A stretch of 64,000 bases of DNA, taken from NCBI GenBank assembly GCA_902635795.1, contig CACPPH010000001.1:16244-80243 (forward strand), in the 5' to 3' direction. The notes below the pieces were generated by a model. That model had not been told where the DNA came from. It saw only the letters and a program-made list of their open reading frames with translations, and searched no databases. Source of the DNA: an uncultured Pelagibacteraceae bacterium (lineage in GTDB: Bacteria > Pseudomonadota > Alphaproteobacteria > Pelagibacterales > Pelagibacteraceae). Each line of letters begins with the position of its first letter. Position 1 is the first letter of the stretch. Shown here piece by piece: positions 37,129 through 46,444 of this stretch. Position numbers and translations under genes: made by a program.

Positions 37129-38328
37129 TTAACCAAATTTTTTTAAAAATTTTCTTATATTGTTAAACATATAATCTATTTCATTTTGTTTTAAACCTTG
37201 ATGACACCCTAAAAGAATTCCATTTTTCATTATGTTGTCACTATTTATAAATCTATTTTTTACTTTTTTATATTTTTTATTTTTCATTATTGGTTGACGT
37301 AAAATATTACCAGTGAATATTGTTCGAGTTTGAATACCTTTTTTTTCTAAAAAAATTTGCATCTTTTTTCTTTGAATCTTAGATTTTTCTTTTATAATTA
37401 CTGGATAAGCTAACCATCCAGTTTTAATACCGGGTAACTGGATTGGAAGATCAAAGTGCTCTGGGTAAGATTTAAAAAAGTTATAAATTTTTTCAAAATT
37501 ACTTATTCTAATTTTAATATTTTTTTTTAATTTTTTGAGTTGTTCTAATGCAAAGGCAGCAGATATTTCAGATGGTAAAAAGTTAAATCCAAGTTCAGAA
37601 AATATATATTTACCATCATAAGGTATCCCATCAACTTTCTCATTAAATCTAAGTTTTAAACCTTCTGACTCATTAAAAATAGCAGATGATCTTCCCCAGC
37701 CTCTTAAAAGTTTAGCTCTCTCATATCTTTTCTTATCGTTAAAACACGCAATGCCACCAAATCCTGCACCAGTTATCACATGAGATGCATACAGACTATT
37801 AGTTGTGATATCTGAAAATTTTCCAAAGTTTTTATTTTTATAAGTATAACCTATCGTATCAGCAGAGTCTTCAATGACAATTATTTTTCTTTTTTTGGCT
37901 ATTTTATAAATTTTTTTCCAATTTAAAATATTTCCCAATAAATTAGGAAGCATAATTGCTACTGTTTTTTTATTGATAGCCTTTTCTACTTGCGATAAAT
38001 CAGATAAAAAAGAAAATTTTTCAACATCAACAAAATGAGGAACACACCCAACTTGATATATTGGAGATACTGTAGTTGAAAATGTTAACGCTGGTGTGAT
38101 GATTTCTGAACCTTTTTTAAAGTTAAAACTTGCAAGAGCTAATAAGTTTGCTGAAGATCCAGAATTGACCATCAAACCATATTTTTTTCCAAAAACTCTG
38201 GATATTTTCTTTTCAAGATCTTTTACAGATGGGCCATCAATTAGACTAATCGATTTATTTTTTAATACATCTATTGCTGCTGCTATTTCAGCCTTTCCGT
38301 ATACTGCTTTACCATAATATACTCTCAT
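37129..38328 (-). CDS. DegT/DnrJ-family PLP enzyme, probable NDP-4-keto-6-deoxysugar 3-dehydratase (ColD/RfbH-like)
   Basis: VNSGSSANLLA, LTFSTT, EDSAD, SLYASHVIT (His at the usual Lys position), RGWGR. Confidence 0.8.
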   Translation of the reverse strand: MRVYYGKAVYGKAEIAAAIDVLKNKSISLIDGPSVKDLEKKISRVFGKKYGLMVNSGSSANLLALASFNFKKGSEIITPALTFSTTVSPIYQVGCVPHFVDVEKFSFLSDLSQVEKAINKKTVAIMLPNLLGNILNWKKIYKIAKKRKIIVIEDSADTIGYTYKNKNFGKFSDITTNSLYASHVITGAGFGGIACFNDKKRYERAKLLRGWGRSSAIFNESEGLKLRFNEKVDGIPYDGKYIFSELGFNFLPSEISAAFALEQLKKLKKNIKIRISNFEKIYNFFKSYPEHFDLPIQLPGIKTGWLAYPVIIKEKSKIQRKKMQIFLEKKGIQTRTIFTGNILRQPIMKNKKYKKVKNRFINSDNIMKNGILLGCHQGLKQNEIDYMFNNIRKFLKKFG

Positions 38329-38434
38329 AAGAATTATTTTTTTTGTTTGATGTTTAATATAATAAAAAAGAGAATTATACCATAAACTTAATTAATGATT
38401 TAATTTATTAAATATATTATAAACCTTTTAAGTC

Positions 38435-38511
38435 GGCGAGGTAGCTCAGTTGGTTAGAGCACAGGACTCATAAGCCTGGGGTCGGCGGTTCGAATCCGCC
38501 CCTCGCTACCA
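38435..38511 (+). tRNA. tRNA-Met(CAT), elongator type
   Basis: 77-nt cloverleaf GGCGAGG...CCTCGCT-A-CCA, anticodon loop CTCATAA, GTTCGAATC T-loop; lacks initiator features (no C1:A72 mismatch, no GGG/CCC anticodon stem). Confidence 0.93.
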
Positions 38512-38512
38512 G

Positions 38513-39049
38513 TTATAAATATTTAAATTTCTCAATAAACTCTGAAAGTGAAGGTAAAATTTTGTCTTTTTTCGAAATTATCAATTTCTTAGAAGGCCAC
38601 TTGATTTTTAATCTTTTATCTAAAACGTTAATTCCTCCTTCATATTGTGGCTTATAATAATTTGAAAGTTTATAATATACAATATTGATTTTTTCAAAAC
38701 TGTAATAAGAATGCGCAAATCCCTCTGGTATATAAAGACTTAAACAGTTTTGATCTGATAAGATGATTTTAAAATTTTTTCCAAAAGTTTTTGAATTTTT
38801 TCTAAGATCGATAACACAGTCTAATATTTTTCCTTTTAAGACATTTACATATTTTGCTTGTTGGAATTTATATTGAAAATGAAAGCCTCTTAAGGAATTA
38901 GCCTTAGAGGTAGTACAATATTCAAAAATAAAATTATTTTTACCAAATCTTTTCTTGCTAAATATCTCTCTTAAACTTCCTCGTTTATCAATATTATTTT
39001 TCTGTTTGATTATTAATAAATCTTTAATATTAGTTTTAATAATTTTCAT
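38513..39049 (-). CDS. rmlC: dTDP-4-dehydrorhamnose 3,5-epimerase
   Basis: DKRG, LRGFHFQ, QAKYV, DLRKNS.TFG, IPEGFAH. Confidence 0.92.
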   Translation of the reverse strand: MKIIKTNIKDLLIIKQKNNIDKRGSLREIFSKKRFGKNNFIFEYCTTSKANSLRGFHFQYKFQQAKYVNVLKGKILDCVIDLRKNSKTFGKNFKIILSDQNCLSLYIPEGFAHSYYSFEKINIVYYKLSNYYKPQYEGGINVLDKRLKIKWPSKKLIISKKDKILPSLSEFIEKFKYL

Positions 39050-39747
39050 CTTTTAGTAAGTTTCTTATATTTTGATAAGTTCATATCCATTTTTAAGGGT
39101 AGCTCTCCCTTAGATTTTATCTTTTTAACTTTATCATTATATTTCTTTGCAAATTGAAAGACAGTTTGTTGCGACCCCCCAATATTTATAACGCCTTTTT
39201 TTTTAATTACTTTAATAAACAGTTTAATAAATTCATCATGGAAAATAAAATTTGATCTCACGTTACTAAAAGCAAATTTGTGCACAAAAGGTTTTTCAGT
39301 CATGCAGGCTCTTATAATTAGAGAATTTTTGTACATTTGAACTGCAGACTCCGCGCCAAGTTTCGACCAGCCATAATTATTCCAAGGTAACAAAGGGTCA
39401 GTTTCTTTATAATTCCCTTTTTTTCCAGGGTACACATAACTAGTAGAAAAAAAAATTATTTTAATATTAAAATTATTACAAACCTTCACTAAGTTTGAAG
39501 TTCCTATAATATTTAAATCAATACTTTTATTTATCATCTTATCGTGAATAGACATCGGCCTTGATAATGCCGCTAAATGTAAAATACAATCAGCTTTAAA
39601 TTTTTTAATGTTTTTCTTTATCGAATTTATTGAGAGAATATTTAGTTGTTTTTTATCCCTAAAAATAAAATTATAATAATTTTTAGTCTTCTGTAACTCA
39701 TTTGCAAAGCGTCCTTTTCCTCCTGTAACTAATATATTTTTTATCAT
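39046..39747 (-). CDS. rmlD: RmlD-like sugar-nucleotide reductase (short, 233 aa)
   Basis: LVTGGKG, HLAA, STSYVY.G..G.YKE.D...P.N.YG.SK; sits between rmlA and rmlC. Confidence 0.7.
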   Translation of the reverse strand: MIKNILVTGGKGRFANELQKTKNYYNFIFRDKKQLNILSINSIKKNIKKFKADCILHLAALSRPMSIHDKMINKSIDLNIIGTSNLVKVCNNFNIKIIFFSTSYVYPGKKGNYKETDPLLPWNNYGWSKLGAESAVQMYKNSLIIRACMTEKPFVHKFAFSNVRSNFIFHDEFIKLFIKVIKKKGVINIGGSQQTVFQFAKKYNDKVKKIKSKGELPLKMDMNLSKYKKLTKR

Positions 39748-39750
39748 TAA

Positions 39751-40617
39751 TTAAATAAGTTTTTTTAAATAGTTTGAATACATACAATTTCCATAAAAAT
39801 TTATTGCATCTCTAATTTCTTTTTTACTGATCCACTTATTGTTGAATGCTATTTCTTCAAGACATGCAATTTTTAAACCCTGTCTATTTTCAAGTGCAGA
39901 TACAAATGCAGAGGTATTGTAAAAATCATCTATTGAACCTGTATCAAGCCAAGCTCCACCTCTTCCCAAAAATTCCGGGTAAATTTTTTTCTTTTTTTTG
40001 TATTTATTTAATAAATCAATTATTTCTAGCTCTTTTCTTTTAGATGGTTTTAATGTTTTACTTAAATTTACAACTTTATTGTCAAAAAAATAAAGCCCTG
40101 TTATGGCTAGATTTGATTTTGAATTTTTTGGTTTTTCTTTAAGAGATAAAATTCTATTTTTTTTATTTATTGTTGCAACACCATAAAGATTTGGATTTTT
40201 TACTGAATGAAGCAAAATTTTACAACCTGATTTTAATTTTATACAGTTTTTAAGTTTATTAGTTAAGCTTTGGCCGTAAAAAAAATTGTCTCCTAGAATT
40301 AAAGCTATATTATTTTTTCCGATAAATTTTTCACCTAAAATAAATGCGTCAGGTAAACCTCTTGGAGTTTTTTGCTCTATATAATTAATTTTTATTCCTA
40401 ATCTTTCTCCATTTGAAAGTATTTTTCGAAACTGATTTAACTGACCTTTGTTAACAATTACCAATATATCTCTTATTCCTGCTAACATTAAAACTGACAG
40501 AGGATAATAAATTAAAGGCTTATCGTAAATTGGAAGTAATTGCTTATTAACTGCTTTCGTTAAAGGACTCATTCTTGTTCCATGACCACCAGCTAATAAA
40601 ATTCCTTTTGTAATCAT
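39751..40617 (-). CDS. rmlA: Glucose-1-phosphate thymidylyltransferase
   Basis: GILLAGG.GTR..PLT...NKQLLPIYDKP, LGDN, WLDTG. Confidence 0.95.
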   Translation of the reverse strand: MITKGILLAGGHGTRMSPLTKAVNKQLLPIYDKPLIYYPLSVLMLAGIRDILVIVNKGQLNQFRKILSNGERLGIKINYIEQKTPRGLPDAFILGEKFIGKNNIALILGDNFFYGQSLTNKLKNCIKLKSGCKILLHSVKNPNLYGVATINKKNRILSLKEKPKNSKSNLAITGLYFFDNKVVNLSKTLKPSKRKELEIIDLLNKYKKKKKIYPEFLGRGGAWLDTGSIDDFYNTSAFVSALENRQGLKIACLEEIAFNNKWISKKEIRDAINFYGNCMYSNYLKKLI

Positions 40618-41627
40618 ATTGTGCCTAATCTTTTAATAAAAAGTTTTTTCGATATACTGGAAAAAAATTTCCGATTATTTATATACCAGTCTATTGTTTT
40701 GGTAAGTCCTTTTTCAATATTAGTTTTACATTTCCAGCCCAATGATTTTTTAATCTTTTCACTGTTAATTGCATATCTAAAATCATGTCCTGGTCTATCT
40801 TTAACGTAATATATTTTAACTTTCTTACCAATTTTGAGATTTTTTTTCCTGAATATCTTTAAAATTTTTTTTATGATAAATAAATTTGAGCAATTAAAGC
40901 CTGATCCAATATTATACTTTTCACCAACTTTTCCTCGAAAAAAAAGTTTTATTAGTGCATCACAATGATCGTCTACATATATCCATTCTCTAGAATTTTT
41001 GCCCTTAGCATAAACAGGCAAAGGTTTATTATTTAAAATATTATAAATCATTTTTGGAATGAGTTTTTCTGGAAATTGCCTTGGACCATAATTATTTGAA
41101 CAATTCGAGATTAATGCATTCATTTTAAAAGTTCTAACATAAGCCAAAACAAGATGATCAGAAGATGCTTTTGAAGCAGAATAAGGGGAGCTTGGAATAT
41201 AAGGAGAGTTTTCATAAGATCTTTTTGGGGCTGGCACATCTCCATACACTTCATCGGTAGAAATATGAATTAGTTTTATTTTTTTTTCAAATAATCTTAG
41301 TGCTTCAAGCAAGTTATAAGTACCTAAAATATTGTTTTTGATAAAATTATAAGAATTATCAATTGATCTATCAACATGTGTGTCAGCGGCCAAATTAAAA
41401 ATTCCATTTGGTTTAAAATTTCTTAAAACTTTTAAAATTTCTTTCTTTTTATTTATGTCAATTTTTTTAAATTTATAATTCTTGCTATTAATACCAATTA
41501 AATTATATTTTTGCGCTGAATATGAGAGATTGTCTATATTGAGAACTTTATAATTTTTATTCAAAAGATGTCTAATTAGATTACTACCAATAAAACCAAA
41601 GCCTCCAGTAACAATAAACCTTTTCAT
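40614..41627 (-). CDS. rmlB: dTDP-glucose 4,6-dehydratase
   Basis: TGGFGFIGS, HVDRSI, HISTDEVYG, PYSASKA, NCSNNYGP.QFPEKLIP, DRPGHD.RYA. Confidence 0.95.
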   Translation of the reverse strand: MKRFIVTGGFGFIGSNLIRHLLNKNYKVLNIDNLSYSAQKYNLIGINSKNYKFKKIDINKKKEILKVLRNFKPNGIFNLAADTHVDRSIDNSYNFIKNNILGTYNLLEALRLFEKKIKLIHISTDEVYGDVPAPKRSYENSPYIPSSPYSASKASSDHLVLAYVRTFKMNALISNCSNNYGPRQFPEKLIPKMIYNILNNKPLPVYAKGKNSREWIYVDDHCDALIKLFFRGKVGEKYNIGSGFNCSNLFIIKKILKIFRKKNLKIGKKVKIYYVKDRPGHDFRYAINSEKIKKSLGWKCKTNIEKGLTKTIDWYINNRKFFSSISKKLFIKRLGTI

Positions 41628-41688
41628 TTATAATTATTTATATTATTTATGTTTTTAAGTATACTTCTATTACAATGAAGGCATTTTT

Positions 41689-42558
41689 TTGATGCAAATT
41701 ACAAAAGAAAACTTAACAATAATAATAGTTACAATAAAGAGCGAAAAAATTATAGAGAATTGTTTAAATTCAATCGATCCAAACATAAAGAAAATTATTG
41801 TTGAAAATTCCTCAGATGAGAAATTTAAAAATTCTATAGAAAAAAAATTTCAAAATGTAAAATGTTATCTCACAGGTAAAAATTTAGGTATGGGCTCTGG
41901 AAATAATTTTGGTCTAAAAAAATCAACAACAGATTATGTGATGATTCTCAACCCAGATACAATCTTAAAACAAAACACACTTTCTGAAATATTTAAAATT
42001 TCATATAATTTAGATTTTGCCATTCTAAGTCCTATAAGTTCTGATGAAAAATTTCCTAACTTTATCAAAAATAAAAATAATCAACAAAAAATCATACATA
42101 AAGATTTATTTGAGGTTGATCGTGTAGATGGTTATTCAATGATACTTAATAAATCAAAATTTAGTAATCAATTTTTTGACGAAAACATATTTATGTATTT
42201 AGAAAATGATGATCTATGTTTACGTATGAAAAAAAAAAATGAGAAAATTTATGTTTACAAAAAATCTATTATTTCTCATATAGGCGCCAAAGCTGTAGAT
42301 GAAAAATATTTTGAGGAAGTTGAGCTATCAAGAAATTGGCATTGGAACTGGTCAAAATTTTATTTCAGAAAAAAACATTACGGATTTTTTAATGCTTTTT
42401 TCTTTAATTTCCCTACGTTTATCAAGTCAACTTTTAAAAGTATTTATTATTATTTATTCAATAATAGAAAAAAATTTAAACTTTATTCCTGTAGAGCTTC
42501 AGGTTTTTTAAATTCTTTTTTGAATAAAGAGTCTTGGTACCGACCAAAATTTGATTAA
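41689..42558 (+). CDS. Glycosyltransferase family 2 (rhamnosyltransferase-like)
   Basis: NLGMG.GNN.G, ILNPD, FDENIFMYLENDDLC.R. Confidence 0.85.
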   Translation: MMQITKENLTIIIVTIKSEKIIENCLNSIDPNIKKIIVENSSDEKFKNSIEKKFQNVKCYLTGKNLGMGSGNNFGLKKSTTDYVMILNPDTILKQNTLSEIFKISYNLDFAILSPISSDEKFPNFIKNKNNQQKIIHKDLFEVDRVDGYSMILNKSKFSNQFFDENIFMYLENDDLCLRMKKKNEKIYVYKKSIISHIGAKAVDEKYFEEVELSRNWHWNWSKFYFRKKHYGFFNAFFFNFPTFIKSTFKSIYYYLFNNRKKFKLYSCRASGFLNSFLNKESWYRPKFD

Positions 42559-42591
42559 TAAAATTAATTCGAATATATATTCAATCTGAAA

Positions 42592-43500
42592 ATGACAAAA
42601 AAAAACAATATAGTAGTCACAGGTGGTGCAGGATTTGTCGGAACTAACCTTATAAAACTTTTATTAAATAAAACAAAATTAAAGATAATAAGTGTAGACA
42701 ACTACTCATCTGGAAATAAAAAAAATCAAATTAAAAATACAAGAGTTAAATATATAAAAGGTGATACGGTTGATATTGAAAAAATAATTAAAAATCCGAA
42801 AAAGATTAAAGCAGTTTTTCATTTTGGTGAGTTTGCAAGAATTTACCAAAGTTTTTTAAAAATGAATCAATGTATTAAATCTAATAATGTTGGATCAAAT
42901 TCAGTTTTTAATTTTTGCTTGAAATATAAAATTAAACTTATTTATTCAGCAACATCTGCTTCTTTAGGCAACAAAGGAAAAGATAAGAATTTATCACCTT
43001 ATGCTTTCTCAAAAGCTAAAAATTTAGAGTTTCTTGAAAATTTAAAAAAGTGGTTTAATTTTAAATATGAGGTGATTTATTTCTATAATGTTTATGGACC
43101 CAATCAGATCGGTAAAGGCGATATGTCCACAGTGATTGGAATTTTTGAGGAAAACTTTAAAAAAAACAAACCTTTACCGATTGTAAAACCAGGAACGCAA
43201 ACTAGAAGATTTACCCATATAAATGATACAATCAACATTTGTTATTTAGCTTGGAAAAAAAATTTATGTCGCCATTACAGTATTGCGAATAAAAAGACTT
43301 ATTCAATTTTACAGGTGGCAAAATTGTTTAATAGTAAAATTAAGTATTTACCAAAAAGAGCTGGAGAAAGATACGCGTCAGCTTTGACAAATAAAAATTT
43401 ATCTAACAAAATACACAAATTTTACGGCGAGATTGACTTAAAAGATTATATCAAAGAAATTGTTTCAAAAAAAAATTTAATGACCAGGAAATTCTATTAA
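42592..43500 (+). CDS. NAD-dependent sugar epimerase/dehydratase
   Basis: TGGAGFVG, SPYAFSK, FYNVYGP, G.QTR.FTHI.D. Confidence 0.85.
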   Translation: MTKKNNIVVTGGAGFVGTNLIKLLLNKTKLKIISVDNYSSGNKKNQIKNTRVKYIKGDTVDIEKIIKNPKKIKAVFHFGEFARIYQSFLKMNQCIKSNNVGSNSVFNFCLKYKIKLIYSATSASLGNKGKDKNLSPYAFSKAKNLEFLENLKKWFNFKYEVIYFYNVYGPNQIGKGDMSTVIGIFEENFKKNKPLPIVKPGTQTRRFTHINDTINICYLAWKKNLCRHYSIANKKTYSILQVAKLFNSKIKYLPKRAGERYASALTNKNLSNKIHKFYGEIDLKDYIKEIVSKKNLMTRKFY

Positions 43501-44004
43501 ACTCTCAGTTTTAAAACCTTTTTTTTTAAGCAAATTGTTGCCAGGTAAATCAAAAAGATTAATAACAAAAATAAATCCAGCAACTTTACCTCCAGAAATT
43601 TCGATTAGTTTTGCAGCTGCTTCTGCTGTTCCTCCCGTTGCAATTAAGTCGTCGATTACTAAGATTTTCTCACCTCTTTGAATAGAGTCTTTATGCACCT
43701 CAATTGTAGCTTCACCATATTCAAGTTTAAAATCTACTGAGTGAGTTTCTGCAGGCAATTTATTTTTTTTTCTCAGTAAAATAAAAGGTTTATTTAGAGC
43801 ATATGATACAGTGGAAGCAAAAACAAATCCTCTTGATTCTATCGCAGATACTTTGTCAAATTTAATTTTTTTAGCTTTTTCTATAATTTTATCGTTGGCA
43901 AACTTAAAAGCTTCGGGATTTTTTATTAAAGTTGTGATGTCTCTAAATAAAATTCCCTTTTTAGGATAGTCTGGAATAGATCTTATATATTTTTTTAAAT
44001 CCAT
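43477..44004 (-). CDS. apt: Adenine phosphoribosyltransferase
   Basis: DYPKKGILFRDIT, ESRGF, LEYG, IDDLIATGGT. Confidence 0.97.
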   Translation of the reverse strand: MDLKKYIRSIPDYPKKGILFRDITTLIKNPEAFKFANDKIIEKAKKIKFDKVSAIESRGFVFASTVSYALNKPFILLRKKNKLPAETHSVDFKLEYGEATIEVHKDSIQRGEKILVIDDLIATGGTAEAAAKLIEISGGKVAGFIFVINLFDLPGNNLLKKKGFKTESLIEFPGH

Positions 44005-44046
44005 AATTTATGCTTCAAGTTCTAGCAAAAAATCATTAATAATTAA

Positions 44047-44925
44047 ATGATGAAAAAAAGAAAGCTTGGGATAATTGGTGGAAGCGGTCTCTATAAAATG
44101 GAGGGTTTTGAAAAAACAAAATGGAAAAAAATTAACACACCCTGGGGAAAACCCTCAGATGAAATCTTACAAGCAAGTATTGGGAATGAAGAAATTTGTT
44201 TCATTCCTAGACATTCAAGAGGTCACAAAATTAATCCCACAAATATCAACTTTAGAGCAAATATAGATGCAATGAAACAATTAGGGGTAACAGATATTAT
44301 TTCAGTATCAGCTGTTGGATCTCTTAAGGAAAACCTAGAACCAGGAAAATTTGTTATAGTAGATCAATTTATTGACAGAACATTTTCAAGAGTAAAAACT
44401 TTTTTTGATGAAGAAATAGTAGCACATGTTTCAATGGCTAAACCTACAAGTTCTGGACTTTCAAACTGCTGTGAGGCTGCGTTAAATAAGTTGAATATCA
44501 GCCACCAAGTTGGGGGGACATATGTGGTAATGGAGGGCCCACAATTTTCTACATTAGCAGAGTCAAACTTATACAGATCTTGGGGAGCTGATGTAATTGG
44601 TATGACTAATATGCCTGAAGCTAAATTAGCTAGAGAGGCAGAAATTAGATATAGCACAGTAGCAATGGTAACAGACTACGATTGTTGGCATCCTGATCAT
44701 GATGAAGTTGATGTTAGCATGGTTGTCCAAACTTTGATGAAAAATGCAAAAAATGCGCAAAATATGATTAAAGAAATAATAAAAACATTTAAAAACTATT
44801 CAGTAGAAAAGGATCCTGCAAACGACTGTTTAAATGTAGCTATTATTACAGATCCAAAGTTAAGAACAAAAAAAACAATTAAAAGATTAAAAACTATAGC
44901 TGGTAGAGTTTTAAGCAAAAAATAA
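44047..44925 (+). CDS. mtnP: 5'-methylthioadenosine phosphorylase
   Basis: GIIGGSGLY, TPWG.PSD, EGPQFST.AES, GMTNMPEAKLAREAE, VTDYDCW. Confidence 0.93.
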   Translation: MMKKRKLGIIGGSGLYKMEGFEKTKWKKINTPWGKPSDEILQASIGNEEICFIPRHSRGHKINPTNINFRANIDAMKQLGVTDIISVSAVGSLKENLEPGKFVIVDQFIDRTFSRVKTFFDEEIVAHVSMAKPTSSGLSNCCEAALNKLNISHQVGGTYVVMEGPQFSTLAESNLYRSWGADVIGMTNMPEAKLAREAEIRYSTVAMVTDYDCWHPDHDEVDVSMVVQTLMKNAKNAQNMIKEIIKTFKNYSVEKDPANDCLNVAIITDPKLRTKKTIKRLKTIAGRVLSKK

Positions 44926-44930
44926 TCTTA

Positions 44931-45377
44931 ATGCCAACGTACACTGTCAAATATTCAAATATTAATCTTTCTCAAAAACAAAAAAATTTAATTGCAAACG
45001 ATATAACAAATACTCACAGTAAATTTACAGGTGCAAATACTTTTTTTGCTCAGGTCATATTTCAAAAAAATGAAAAAAATTCTCATTTCATGGGTGGCAA
45101 GTTAGTTAAAACTAAAGAAATTTTTTTAAATGGACAGATAAGAGCTGGAAGAACATCAAAAGTGAAAAAACAATTAATTTTAGGTTTAAGAAAAATTTTG
45201 ATTAAAAATACAAAGTTACAGAGTGACTTTGTTTGGGTTTATTTAGAGGATCTATTACCGGATCAAATGATTGAATATGGAGAAGTTTTACCTAAATCAG
45301 GACAGGAAAAAAAATGGTTTAATTCGTTATCACCAAGTTTAAGAAAAAGATTAAAAAAAATGGAAAAAAGAAAATGA
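44931..45377 (+). CDS. Tautomerase-superfamily protein, cis-CaaD/Cg10062 family
   Basis: After Met removal: Pro1, His28, Arg70, Arg73, Tyr103, Glu114 at the cis-CaaD positions; M.EYG..LP..G.E..WF. Confidence 0.85.
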   Translation: MPTYTVKYSNINLSQKQKNLIANDITNTHSKFTGANTFFAQVIFQKNEKNSHFMGGKLVKTKEIFLNGQIRAGRTSKVKKQLILGLRKILIKNTKLQSDFVWVYLEDLLPDQMIEYGEVLPKSGQEKKWFNSLSPSLRKRLKKMEKRK

Positions 45378-46444
45378 AAATTAAGGGAAAGACTTACAAA
45401 ACGATATGGTTTGAAAATAATTTAGTAAAAATTATTGATCAAACAAAACTTCCTCATCAGTTTATCGTTAAAAGTTTAAAAACCGTCCAAGACGCAATTA
45501 ATGCCATTAAAACAATGGAGGTGAGAGGCGCCCCATTAATTGGCGCAACAGCTGCCTATGGTTTGGTTTTATCAATAATTGAAAAAAATGATTTATCTTT
45601 TCTAAAGAAATCTAGCGAGGACTTAATTGCATCAAGGCCCACAGCAATTAATCTTAAATGGGCAGTAGACAGAATGATGAAAAAGCTTACCGGAGTTAAT
45701 GATAAAGAAATCTTGAAAATAGCTTTAGATGAGGTAAAGGCAATTACAGAAGAGGATGAAAAATTTTGTAAAAATATCGGCTTAAATGGTCTTAAAATTA
45801 TTGAAGATATTGCTAACAAAAAAAAAGATACAGTTAATATTTTAACCCATTGTAATGCAGGATGGTTAGCTACTATTGACTGGGGAACAGCTACTTCACC
45901 AATATATCACGCACATCAAAAAGGCATTAAAGTTCATGTTTGGGTTGATGAAACAAGACCAAGAAATCAAGGTGCTAATTTAACCTCTTATGAATTAAAC
46001 GAAGAAGGAATATCAAATACCGTAATCACAGATAACGCTGGCGGTATATTAATGCAAAGAGGAGAAGTGGATATGTGTATTGTTGGAACCGATAGAACTT
46101 TATCTAATGGAGATGTTTGTAACAAAATCGGAACTTATCTTAAAGCTTTATCTGCAAAAGATAATAACATTCCTTTTTATGTAGCCTTGCCAAGTTCAAC
46201 TATAGACTGGAGTATTAAAGATCACAAACAAATCCCCATCGAAGAAAGAAATTCAGAGGAGCTATCACATGTTGAGGGAATAGATGAAAATAATGAAATT
46301 AAAAAAGTGAGAATTTACCCACAAAAAAGTAAGTCATTAAACCTAGCCTTCGATGTGACACCTGCTAAACTAGTAACAGGGTTAATAACAGAAAAAGGCA
46401 TTTGTGAAGCATCAGAAAAAGGATTGAAAGGACTATTTAAATGA
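45374..46444 (+). CDS. mtnA: Methylthioribose-1-phosphate isomerase
   Basis: DQTKLP, VRGAP.IG, RPTA.NL, THCNAG.LAT, ETRP.NQG, NKIGT, AFDVTP. Confidence 0.95.
   Translation: MKIKGKTYKTIWFENNLVKIIDQTKLPHQFIVKSLKTVQDAINAIKTMEVRGAPLIGATAAYGLVLSIIEKNDLSFLKKSSEDLIASRPTAINLKWAVDRMMKKLTGVNDKEILKIALDEVKAITEEDEKFCKNIGLNGLKIIEDIANKKKDTVNILTHCNAGWLATIDWGTATSPIYHAHQKGIKVHVWVDETRPRNQGANLTSYELNEEGISNTVITDNAGGILMQRGEVDMCIVGTDRTLSNGDVCNKIGTYLKALSAKDNNIPFYVALPSSTIDWSIKDHKQIPIEERNSEELSHVEGIDENNEIKKVRIYPQKSKSLNLAFDVTPAKLVTGLITEKGICEASEKGLKGLFK

Noticed and set aside
38435-38511. tRNA-anchored prophage or integrative element; initiator or Ile2 identity of the tRNA
   Set aside because: No integrase or att duplication seen; the sequence lacks initiator hallmarks and resembles elongator Met tRNAs.
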